Source of the DNA: Spirochaetia bacterium
Lineage (GTDB): Bacteria > Spirochaetota > Spirochaetia > UBA9216
Assembly (NCBI GenBank): GCA_963675665.1
Contig: OY776510.1
Span: forward strand, 1,664,001 to 1,728,000
Direction: 5' to 3'
Length of the DNA stretch: 64,000 bases
A model generated the notes under the pieces. It was not told the DNA's origin, ran no database searches, and worked only from the letters and a program-made list of their open reading frames with translations. Positions 29,248-38,156 of this stretch are shown one piece after another; position 1 is the stretch's first letter, and every line of letters starts with the position of its first letter. The position numbers were made by a program, and so were the translations under genes.

Positions 29248-30726
29248 ATGGACGGTTTTGACGATTATGCCGATACCGCAGAAAAACTTCTTCTTCTGCA
29301 GCTGTACGAAAAGGTTATAAATGGTGAACTTACTACCTTCTCCTCATTAAAGAAAGCAGTTTCCAAATACAGGATCAGCCCCGGCCTTCGTAAGTGTCTG
29401 TTCAGGGTTTTTGCGCTTCAGCGCAAGTTGTACTGGGGGTTTTTTAAGGATGTAACGCCGAAAAAATACCCGGATTTGTGGCGAACGCTTGTGATAGCGG
29501 ATCAGAGTTTTCGTTTCGGCGGAGATCTTAAACGCTTTATGTCAATTCCCGATATCTATCTTGGTCTTCTTGATATCCATGGTTATACAAAATACTGCCA
29601 TGATAAAAAGAGAAATATGTCGATGATTGATCTGCTTGACAGGATGATCTATGAGGATGTAAACGCAATCTGTTTTGATTCGGGGGTTATCAGCAAACGG
29701 GCCCAGGGCGACGAGATTCTTCTGATAGGAGCATCAGCTTCTGATGTGCTTAATTCGGTACTTCAGATTATGGAGTATTTTAATACACAGGGCCGGTCGT
29801 TCAGCAATACAGTACTGAGCAGGAAACTGCCGGGAACAGTTCTTCCCAAATTTCAGATATCCGCCGGAATTGCCGGCGGGCAGAAATTTACACCGTTGAT
29901 AATTACACGTGACGGTGATATTTCCGGTGACATAGTCAATACTGCTGCAAGGCTTCAGGCCCGGGCAAACAAGATTAGCCCCGACAAGAATAAAATCATG
30001 TTAACAAACCATGTATATCAGAAATTGAAATTACCGGAAACGGGAAACAGGGAAGATATTTTTAAAAATATTGATTTCTTTAATACCGGAACCGTTGAAT
30101 TCAAGGGCGTCAGCCTGAATGTTTATGACGTTGTTTTTCTTCCTGAAGAGGAATGCCGGTTGAAGCTGGTGGAACCTATGGAAAATTTACACCGGAGTCT
30201 TGAGAAGAAACTTTGGAAATCCCGGGTCTTTATTGATTCGCTGGATATTGCGTCGGTAGCGGTCAAGCTGCTGCTTGAAAAAGGCTGCAAAGATACGGTT
30301 GCCGGAAGAAAATTTGAAGATAAATGTCGAAACCTTCTTGAATTGTATAAATCTTCCGGGACCATGTTTAACGCAATGTATTATGACGCTGCGCTCAGGA
30401 CTTATTCAATGATTGTTGATGAGCTGTCTGAAATTGATTCCATAGATAAAAACATACTCGAATACTTGCAGCTTGTACAAAATAACTACCGGATACTGAA
30501 TGGTGAATATACGAAACTTCTGGACGAAGAAGTTGCGATTAAATTAAATGAAATCTACAGCCCTGCAGAAAAAGAAAACTATCTTCAAATAAAAAAGCAT
30601 TCCAGGATGTATGAAAAAGTACAGGCGTCTACCCGTCTTAAGCTGAAGAACAGAAAAAAAATATGGATGAGCATTACGGATAAATTGGGTGATAATCTGG
30701 ATGTTGCTTTGCAATCTTTAAAGTAG
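29248..30726 (+). CDS. Soluble class III nucleotide cyclase-domain protein
   Basis: LLDIHGYT, RAQGDE, ISAGIAGG, DISGDIVNTAARLQ and FKGV motifs; no TM helix; start may be TTG 29218 instead. Confidence 0.8.
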   Translation: MDGFDDYADTAEKLLLLQLYEKVINGELTTFSSLKKAVSKYRISPGLRKCLFRVFALQRKLYWGFFKDVTPKKYPDLWRTLVIADQSFRFGGDLKRFMSIPDIYLGLLDIHGYTKYCHDKKRNMSMIDLLDRMIYEDVNAICFDSGVISKRAQGDEILLIGASASDVLNSVLQIMEYFNTQGRSFSNTVLSRKLPGTVLPKFQISAGIAGGQKFTPLIITRDGDISGDIVNTAARLQARANKISPDKNKIMLTNHVYQKLKLPETGNREDIFKNIDFFNTGTVEFKGVSLNVYDVVFLPEEECRLKLVEPMENLHRSLEKKLWKSRVFIDSLDIASVAVKLLLEKGCKDTVAGRKFEDKCRNLLELYKSSGTMFNAMYYDAALRTYSMIVDELSEIDSIDKNILEYLQLVQNNYRILNGEYTKLLDEEVAIKLNEIYSPAEKENYLQIKKHSRMYEKVQASTRLKLKNRKKIWMSITDKLGDNLDVALQSLK

Positions 30727-30809
30727 ATCTCATAATTTTGCCTGTCTGATTGCGTTTGGAATTTGATTTCTCACATGCCGTATATTAAGATTTAACCGTA
30801 GAGGATTAT

Positions 30810-32075
30810 ATGGCGCTGAGCAGTCTGGAAGTTTCTGTTTTTTTATCTCTTGTAAATTTGATGCTTTCTGCAATAATGGCATATTCATGGTTGATAAACA
30901 AAAGACTGCCCGGGACAGGGGCCTGGACTACCGGGGTTCTGTGCTTGTCTCTGGGAATAGTATTTTTTATTATATCCGCCTCCTGTAACTATGCCCTGAT
31001 AAAAATAGCAGGTTTATTTTTCAGGATGGGCGGCGCATGTATTATTGTTTACGGGTGCGGGGTATTCATTGGCCGGGTTCTCAGCAAAAAGATAAGTATA
31101 GCGCTTTTTACGTTATTCAGTTTGTTTTCGGTTATTCTATTGGTGAATCAGGAACTGCAAGCGTACTTATTTATTATTGATATTTTCTTTATTATAATCT
31201 ACATCAGAGGTGTGGTTATTCTTGTTTCCGCCCGAAGGTCCGGTATAAAGGGCGGATTTGCAGTAGTCTACCCGTTATCTTTTTTTGCATTGTTTCATTT
31301 TTATAATTTTCTGAGATTCTTTCCATTATTCGGCAGAAATCTCCGGGAATTTTCCATCGGCGAGACGGCCAGTACATATACAGTTTTTCTCGGAGCCCTT
31401 GTTATGACGCAGGTCCTTCAGGGGTATTTTAAATTCCGGAATGAAATCATCGCCAGTGCGGAAGAGAAGGAAATGCTGCTTCGGGAAATGCATCACAGAA
31501 CCAAAAACAACCTCTCTCTTATAAATAATATGGTTGCTCTTGATTCGATGTATGTAGAAGATCCGGGCGCCCGCGACATACTTGAAATTCTGCGTAACAA
31601 GATAAAAACAGTAATGCTTCTGCATCAGCAACTTCAGGATGTTGAGGTTGCCGAGAGCATTAATGCTCAGGAATATCTCGGCCTCGTTGTTGATTCATTT
31701 TCCGACAGCAGGATCGGCGGAGAAAACATTGTTCAGTTGGAAAAAAATATTGAACCGATAGAACTTGAGGTGTCGTCAGCCATTCCTATAGGACTGATTC
31801 TTAATGAGTTGACGACAAATTGCTGCAAACATGCTTTTGAAGATCGTGAAAACGGAAGAATTAATATATCATTGAAACGTTTGGACGAGGTAATTGAAGT
31901 TGCCGTGTCTGATAACGGAAAAGGATTGACCAAACCACCCAAAGAAGGGTCTCTGGGATTATCGCTGGTTCGAAACCTTACAAAACAGCTCAATGGTGAG
32001 TTTAGTATAGGAAATAACAGAAAAGGTACGCCAGGAACCCTTGCTGTTCTGACATTTCCATTTAGAAATGATTAG
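30810..32075 (+). CDS. Multi-TM sensor histidine kinase, HisKA_2 family
   Basis: About 7 TM N-terminus; REMHHRTKNNL, GLILNELTTN, DNGKG and SLGLSLV motifs. Confidence 0.88.
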   Translation: MALSSLEVSVFLSLVNLMLSAIMAYSWLINKRLPGTGAWTTGVLCLSLGIVFFIISASCNYALIKIAGLFFRMGGACIIVYGCGVFIGRVLSKKISIALFTLFSLFSVILLVNQELQAYLFIIDIFFIIIYIRGVVILVSARRSGIKGGFAVVYPLSFFALFHFYNFLRFFPLFGRNLREFSIGETASTYTVFLGALVMTQVLQGYFKFRNEIIASAEEKEMLLREMHHRTKNNLSLINNMVALDSMYVEDPGARDILEILRNKIKTVMLLHQQLQDVEVAESINAQEYLGLVVDSFSDSRIGGENIVQLEKNIEPIELEVSSAIPIGLILNELTTNCCKHAFEDRENGRINISLKRLDEVIEVAVSDNGKGLTKPPKEGSLGLSLVRNLTKQLNGEFSIGNNRKGTPGTLAVLTFPFRND

Positions 32076-32087
32076 GCGGATTATATT

Positions 32088-32765
32088 ATGGCAGAAGAAA
32101 TCCTGTCTCCATTGTTTAAAAAGGCTACTGCAGATCTGGTCTATCTTCTGGACAGGGGCTACCCTGTAAAACAGGTTGTGGAACTTGCAGGCAACCGGTA
32201 CAGACTGAGTTCTGTCCAGAGATCGGTTTTGCGCAGAGGCATAGCGGCTGCGGATATTGCCGGCAAAAGGAAAGCAAAATTCATATCTGCAAACGACGTT
32301 GCCGGGCAGTCCCTTTCAATCGACAGTTGTAATGTCATTGCCGTTGTGGGCAATTACCTGAACGGCTTTTTTGTCTATCTTGCAGCGGACGGGGCGGTCA
32401 GGGACGCGGCTGAGTCAGGCGGAGTTTTCAGGGACGGCGAAAGACGCCGGAAGGTTGTGAGGCTGGTTGTTAACGCGCTTGCGGATTTAAAGCCGGACGG
32501 AATTAATTTCTATATAGATGAACCCCACGCGCACAGCCGGGACCTTGCCGGTGAACTCAGGGAAGAATTACGCCTTCGCGGGCGGTCTGCGGAGATTAAA
32601 CTTGTCAGATCTGCCGACCGGGTATTGAAAAACGTTTCAGGCATACTTGCAAGCGGAGATTCGGAGATCATCGATGCTGTCGAACGTGTATTTGACCTGG
32701 CAAGATATATTTTAGAGAAAAACTTTGATATTAACCTTCCTGAAGCAGGCAGTGATATTTTCTGA
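32088..32765 (+). CDS. DUF434 domain protein (PIN-like)
   Basis: DLVYLLDRGY...GNRYRL...R; IDSCN; DGAVRD; S.AD..L...ASGDS.IID. Confidence 0.8.
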   Translation: MAEEILSPLFKKATADLVYLLDRGYPVKQVVELAGNRYRLSSVQRSVLRRGIAAADIAGKRKAKFISANDVAGQSLSIDSCNVIAVVGNYLNGFFVYLAADGAVRDAAESGGVFRDGERRRKVVRLVVNALADLKPDGINFYIDEPHAHSRDLAGELREELRLRGRSAEIKLVRSADRVLKNVSGILASGDSEIIDAVERVFDLARYILEKNFDINLPEAGSDIF

Positions 32766-32807
32766 AAAAAATATGGGGACCTCTTGTAGTTAACTCCGAT
32801 AATTTTC

Positions 32808-32876
32808 AGTTAAGTTACTTGACAAAAAATGTTACTATTGTTAATATAGTTAACTAAAAAGTTAAGAAGGTTAACT
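32808..32876. promoter_or_regulatory. Sigma70 promoter overlapped by three GTTAA-N5-TTAAC palindromes (candidate MarR operators)
   Basis: TTGACA 32819, 17 bp, TAATAT 32842; boxes at 32808, 32839 and 32860; a fourth box at 33514 before marR. Confidence 0.65.
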
Positions 32877-32913
32877 ATATTAACAGCAAATAATCTGAAG
32901 AGGAGTGAATTAA

Positions 32914-33515
32914 ATGTCAGGTAAAGCGTTAGATGAAAGAGTTTTTCATGTCGGAATAAACGGGATCAGAAGGGCTGTCCAGTTAACATCGGTTGTACTG
33001 ATGTCTGCTGGTATTTTAAAATTAAACGGTTACACTTTTGCGGCTGGATATGCCCTTTCGGTTTTATTCAGGAACTGATTGGAGAAATCGGCAGGAAGTT
33101 AGTTCCCGGGCTGAATTTGAGGTTTTCTCCGTTACAGGCAAAACTGAAAATGTTGAGATATTTTATTCTGGGTGCTGAAATACTGCTGATGATAATTTTG
33201 ATTAGAAACGGAGCCGCGGTTCCTGTTTATCTGAAAGCCGCTGTTGCCGCAGCAGCGCTTGTTTTAAATCTTTTTTCTCAAAGATTTTTCTATAAATATC
33301 TGTGCCCGATCGGCAGCCTTCTGGGCCTGACTAATTTGTTTAAAATCTTTGCAGTTAAAAAAGAGGCGGAATGTCTGAATTGTCTGAAATGCGAAAGCAA
33401 ATGCATTATGAATGTGCCGCTCGCAGAAAAGGGCAATAACCGCGACACGGCCTGTATAAGCTGTTTAAGATGTATTGACGCCTGTCCGGGCAATAAAGAA
33501 TATTTGCATTTTTAG
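32914..33515 (+). pseudogene. Frameshifted NapH-like 4Fe-4S binding protein
   Basis: AGGAG + ATG 32914 reads MSGK...IRRAVQL and stops early; FCGWICPFG begins at 33036 in another frame that continues to two CxxCxxCxxxC motifs. Confidence 0.7.
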
Positions 33516-33538
33516 TTAAGTATGTTAATATTATTTTT

Positions 33539-34006
33539 ATGATTGGAAATGAAAATGCATACAGAATGGCTGAAAGAGTTTTATGGCTGATTGAGGAATA
33601 TATTGCCATTGCGTCTATTCCTAAACATTACGGGACCGATATGAGTTTTCATCGTCTGGATATACATCTTATTCATACTATAGGCAATAATCCGGGAATA
33701 AACGTGACTGAACTGGCTAAAAAACATTCAATAACCAAAAGCGCCGTCTCGCAGGCGGTAAAAAAACTTGAGAAGAGGAATTTGATTGAGCGGTACCAGA
33801 GTCCGGAAAACCGTAAAGAGATATTGTTCAGATTGACTGACGATGGGAAAACCGGGTTTGAGGCGCATAGAGATTACCATTCAAAGACCGAGCAGGTATA
33901 TATTGATGAACTTGCCCGGCTTACTGAAGAAGAGGCGGCAGGTGTTCACAAACTTATAGAAATTCTGTCTCAGAGAGCCGGTAATATAAGAAAAGAAAAT
34001 TCCTGA
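33539..34006 (+). CDS. MarR family transcriptional regulator
   Basis: IHLIHTIG...INVTELA...TKSAVSQAVKKLEKRNLI...RKE...LT..GK. Confidence 0.9.
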   Translation: MIGNENAYRMAERVLWLIEEYIAIASIPKHYGTDMSFHRLDIHLIHTIGNNPGINVTELAKKHSITKSAVSQAVKKLEKRNLIERYQSPENRKEILFRLTDDGKTGFEAHRDYHSKTEQVYIDELARLTEEEAAGVHKLIEILSQRAGNIRKENS

Positions 34007-34036
34007 TAATAAAGTGAACGGAACAGGAAGATTAGT

Positions 34037-34657
34037 ATGAGTAAAAATGAAAAAAATCTTAATAAAAAATCATGGATGGGCGGGATCTTTCCTGCAATAT
34101 ACGACTACTCGATGAAAGAAAAAGTTATCCCGAAGAAACTTAATGCGTCATTCGGGTTACATAATAAAGTTATTCTTGATGAGCTGGCGGTTGCAGACGG
34201 CCGGCTGCTGGAACTGGCGGCAGGAAGCGGAAACCTGGCAGATCTTCTCAGCAGCAATATTGAATACTGCGGTGTGGATATCAGCAGAAATCTGCTCAAA
34301 AGGGCGGAGAAGAGATTTGGAAAAGCAGGTTTTAAAGAATTCAGATTGTATCAATGCGGAGCGGAATCTCTTCCGTTTGAAAATTCCTCATTTGATTTCT
34401 GTGTCTGCAATCTTGCATTGAATTTCTTTGATGATATGGACAAGGCAGTAAAAGAGGCTTCAAGGGTGATGAAAAACAACGCTGTGTTTTTCGGAAGCGT
34501 TCCGGTCCCCGAACGCAATAAAAAGAATACTGTTATCAGGGGGAACCTTCTGACAGAAGAACAGTTGAGAGAACTATTTCAAGACAATGGTTTTGATTTT
34601 CAACCGATAGATACTGAGAACGGAGCAATCCTGTATTTTCGGGCAATACGCGTTTGA
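34037..34657 (+). CDS. Class I SAM-dependent methyltransferase
   Basis: LLELAAGSG, GVDIS, AESLPFENSSFD and E..RVMK motifs. Confidence 0.88.
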   Translation: MSKNEKNLNKKSWMGGIFPAIYDYSMKEKVIPKKLNASFGLHNKVILDELAVADGRLLELAAGSGNLADLLSSNIEYCGVDISRNLLKRAEKRFGKAGFKEFRLYQCGAESLPFENSSFDFCVCNLALNFFDDMDKAVKEASRVMKNNAVFFGSVPVPERNKKNTVIRGNLLTEEQLRELFQDNGFDFQPIDTENGAILYFRAIRV

Positions 34658-34746
34658 TAATATCAGTTAAAAGTTTTTTCTTATAAAATTTGCTTTCATT
34701 GTTCCGAATTCCTATAATTAAAACGAGTTAATAAAGGTTTCCAATA

Positions 34747-35700
34747 ATGAAAGTGAATTTGTCATTTATCGGTAGATTATTTCTCTTATTGCTGATGGGG
34801 ATCTCACCTCTTTTTTTTAATTGTTGTTCAAAAGAAAAAACGGTATTAACTCTTGACACCGGAGAGCAGGAATCCCGGATAAAAGAACAGCAGGAAAGTG
34901 CGGGTGGTTCTGTCCTGAATATTGCAATCGGCGCTATGCTCTCTCCTGAAGTAACAAGAATTTATTATACCGAGATGCTTGAGATAGTTGCTGAAAAAAT
35001 GGGCAGCAGTTTATATGTTCATCAGCGAAGAACATATACAGAAATTAATAATATGGTTGAGTCCCGGACGGTTGATTTGGCCCTGGTATGTACCGGCGCA
35101 TATGTGAAAGGTCACGAAGATTTTAATATGGAAATTCTTGTTGTACCGGTATCAAAAGGTGAAACCGTATACTATTCATATTTTATTGTAAATAAATCAA
35201 GCGAAATTGATTCATTAGCCGATTTAAGGAATAAAACCTTTGCATTTACCGATCCTCAATCAAATACCGGGTGTCTTATTCCAACTTACACACTATATTT
35301 AATAAACGAGGTTCCTGAGACTTTTTTTGATAGTACCTTTTTTACATACAGTCATGATAACTCAATAAAAGCTGTAGCCGAAGGACTGGCCGACGGAGCC
35401 GCAGTAGATTCTCTTATATGGGATTATCTGAATGAAGAAGATGACCCCTATACTGCCGCAACAAGGATAATAGCTAAATCCGAACCTTACGGTATTCCTC
35501 CTGTTGTTGTTCATCCTGATCTTGATCCTGAGAAAAAGCGGCAGTTGAAACAGATCTTTATTTCTTTACATGAGGATGCTGCTGCATTTACCAGTATGAA
35601 AGAAATACGCATTGAAAAATTTGTCGAAGGCAGTGATTCAATGTATCAAAATGTAAGAACAATGATCGAAAGGCTGAATCCCGGAGAACCTGATGGTTAA
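34747..35700 (+). CDS. PhnD-like phosphate/phosphite/phosphonate-binding protein
   Basis: Leader with Cys; YYSYFIV, FAFTDPQSNTG, SHDNSI, DGAAVDS and PPVVV motifs. Confidence 0.85.
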   Translation: MKVNLSFIGRLFLLLLMGISPLFFNCCSKEKTVLTLDTGEQESRIKEQQESAGGSVLNIAIGAMLSPEVTRIYYTEMLEIVAEKMGSSLYVHQRRTYTEINNMVESRTVDLALVCTGAYVKGHEDFNMEILVVPVSKGETVYYSYFIVNKSSEIDSLADLRNKTFAFTDPQSNTGCLIPTYTLYLINEVPETFFDSTFFTYSHDNSIKAVAEGLADGAAVDSLIWDYLNEEDDPYTAATRIIAKSEPYGIPPVVVHPDLDPEKKRQLKQIFISLHEDAAAFTSMKEIRIEKFVEGSDSMYQNVRTMIERLNPGEPDG

Positions 35701-37048
35701 GCGGGAAATTTTTATTAGAACGGCAATTTTAATCTCGATTATGATTATCAGTATAATTCTTGTATTCAGCTTCTTTATGGTACGGAACCACAGAATCGGA
35801 GTAAAAAACCGTATGCTCTCTTTTGGTGTGCTTGTAGCCGGTGAGGTTGAACGCTTTATTCAATGGGACGACAGATTGGCCGCTGATACTACCCTTGCCA
35901 AGGTAATGGAAACCAATCAAAATTATGAATATCTTTTTATATTAATTAACGGGCTGGTTTTTGCTGATACCTTTAACGGTGATGTTCCTTCAGATCTTCT
36001 TGCACATGGAGTTGAATATCCGGCGCAGGCTTACTATTGGGAATTTAAGGATAATACAGGAAATGTATATTTCGATTATGTTATACCTGTAATGTCGACA
36101 AATGCAATACTCAGAATGGGAGTGATGCAAAGAAGTATTGATCAGCATCTGGCACCCGCTTTGGTATCGATAGTCTCTATCGGGGCTTTTGCCCTGCTGA
36201 TAGGAATTCTTTTGTCCTATCGGATAGCAGTTTCCTCAACAAGGGAAATAACGCTTTTAGCAGATGTAATCCGTAAATATAACAGTAATAACACTCCCGG
36301 CAGTAGTTCAGATACTGGATTTTACAATTCCATATTATTAATTCCAAACCTCATAGAGTCATTTCAGAATCTGGCATTTGAAAGAAAATCGGCAGAGGAA
36401 AATTTAAAGCAGTCTCTTGAAGAGAAAGAAAGCCTGCTGGCCGAGATTTTTCATCGAACAAGAAACAACATGCAGGTCATCAGTTCTCTTTTGTATATTC
36501 AGGCTGAAAAATACTCTGATATCAATGTGGACAAGATTGTTGAACAAACAGATAACAGGATACAGGCAATGTCCCTTGTTCATCAACTGCTGCATGATAC
36601 AAATCAGATTACATCAATAAGTTTGAAAGAGCTGGTAATTTCTGAAGTGTCTTTCCTTTTCCAGAGATACAGTGATTTATCAAGAGAAATATCTTTTGAG
36701 AATAATATCGGGGATATAACCCTGTCTTTCGATATGGCCATACCGTTGGGATTAATTTTAAATGAACTTGTATCAAACTCATTATTACATGCGTTTCGTG
36801 ATAAAGAAACAGGATCGATAAAGATTAAAATAAGCAGGCCAAAGATAAATAGAATATCCATTATTTATTCGGATAACGGGACAGGTCTTCCGGAAAGTAC
36901 TGGTGAGGATGAAACATCCTTTTTCGGATTAAAACTGGTTAAACATATAGTGCATGATCAACTCAATGGAATACTCAGGATGAAGAATTGCAATGGTTTT
37001 TACTGTCATATTTATTTTGACTATACCTGCTATTCTGCAAGAGGCTAA
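35693..37048 (+). CDS. Sensor histidine kinase, HisKA_2 family
   Basis: Two TM helices; EIFHRTRNNMQVISSLL, GLILNELVSNS..HAF and DNGTG motifs; overlaps the upstream SBP gene. Confidence 0.88.
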   Translation: MVKREIFIRTAILISIMIISIILVFSFFMVRNHRIGVKNRMLSFGVLVAGEVERFIQWDDRLAADTTLAKVMETNQNYEYLFILINGLVFADTFNGDVPSDLLAHGVEYPAQAYYWEFKDNTGNVYFDYVIPVMSTNAILRMGVMQRSIDQHLAPALVSIVSIGAFALLIGILLSYRIAVSSTREITLLADVIRKYNSNNTPGSSSDTGFYNSILLIPNLIESFQNLAFERKSAEENLKQSLEEKESLLAEIFHRTRNNMQVISSLLYIQAEKYSDINVDKIVEQTDNRIQAMSLVHQLLHDTNQITSISLKELVISEVSFLFQRYSDLSREISFENNIGDITLSFDMAIPLGLILNELVSNSLLHAFRDKETGSIKIKISRPKINRISIIYSDNGTGLPESTGEDETSFFGLKLVKHIVHDQLNGILRMKNCNGFYCHIYFDYTCYSARG

Positions 37049-37339
37049 ACCGATATGGTTACTGTTTTCAGAAAGCATCCGACCCTGTAAAGTTTCTGAT
37101 GCTTATATTTTAGAAACATTCAGGATTTAAAGACAGATAGCATCCCTCTGCTGAAAAGTAGAAATTAAGCTGTAAGGTTATGAATGTATCTCTGAACTTT
37201 CGAATACCATCAAACAGTATAGGTTTCAAAACCATTATCTCCGAAATAGAATCAAACAGCGCCTGCTGCATTATTTTCAATGATGTGTTATACAGCACAT
37301 GGTTTTGACTGTTTTTTTTTAAGTACGCTCTGCATCCAT

Positions 37340-37630
37340 TCAATCATTTTCTATAAAAAAAGCTCTTGATTTTGTGCTCTTTTCTCTTAAGTCTTTTATT
37401 AGTTCATACTCTTTTGAATAAAAACAATCCTTGGCATCTTTCATTGAATTAAAAGAAATAATTATTACACGATCAGGTTTTTCTCCGGAATATTTTGTAA
37501 TTTTTTCACTTCTCACAAGATATTCACCATTATATGATTGAATTATCTTCACAACTTCTTTTAAATATAAGTTGTACAGATGTTTGTTATTAATTTTTTC
37601 AATCAAAGCTACAAATACTACCTTATTCAT
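37340..37630 (-). CDS. DUF1330 domain protein
   Basis: Y..Y...V..II..Y.G.YLVR, RVIIISF, and FYSKEY...K..R motifs. Confidence 0.8.
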   Translation of the reverse strand: MNKVVFVALIEKINNKHLYNLYLKEVVKIIQSYNGEYLVRSEKITKYSGEKPDRVIIISFNSMKDAKDCFYSKEYELIKDLREKSTKSRAFFIEND

Positions 37631-37744
37631 CCTTCAAATCCTTTTATTAACAATTTGATTGATTTATAATTTTGACTTTTCTACGAAGTCTCGGTTTCTG
37701 TGTTTGAATTATCCAATATTTTTAATTATTAAATAAATCTCAAA

Positions 37745-38040
37745 AAGGATTACCATCAGTGCAAGCAAAAAACCGATATAATATAATACTTCGATATACT
37801 CACATATATCTACTCGCTTTTTTTTGAAGTTACCATAAAACGACTCAATCCTTGCCATGTTGTGTCAATTACCTCGGCGAGTCATGTTTCGTTCGGGATC
37901 GTGGTTCCTGCAAAATCTAACCCTGTCGTCACTAACAAATTATGAACTCTGGTCTTATATCCTTCGGTCTTTTGGTCCAGAAGGCTTTCTGTTGTTACCG
38001 ACGGGTTGCCATGGCTAAATGTACGGCTCATATTGCCAAG
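37745..38040 (-). mobile_element. Degenerate IS3-family transposase relic
   Basis: Minus strand reads ...KAFWTKRP...SDDR...MTRRGN*HNMARIESFYGNFK...ICEYIEV, matching the IS3 pattern MSRRGNCxDNAxxESFF...YIE, with stops and deletions. Ends are approximate. Confidence 0.65.
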
Positions 38041-38156
38041 AAAGTTTTTAAGTCTTTTCCGTTCCGGGAAAGTTTTTATTTTCCCGGAAACGCAGGCCCG
38101 GAATCTATCCGCATCCGATAATTTCGATTTTATTTTCTTCTCATGTTACTATCCCC

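Noticed and set aside
29248-32765. Pycsar or other anti-phage system (cyclase, TM protein, PIN-like DUF434)
   Set aside because: The TM neighbour is a normal HisKA_2 kinase with no cNMP-binding domain, and the region looks like core genome; only the cyclase motif is retained as a finding.
37110-37343. 77-aa ORF downstream of DUF1330
   Set aside because: No recognisable homology or RBS; probably non-coding or decayed sequence.
38062-38089. Terminator for the iolD-like operon (TTCCGGGAAA...TTTCCCGGAA)
   Set aside because: The inverted repeat is real but lacks a U-tract on the minus strand; function unclear.
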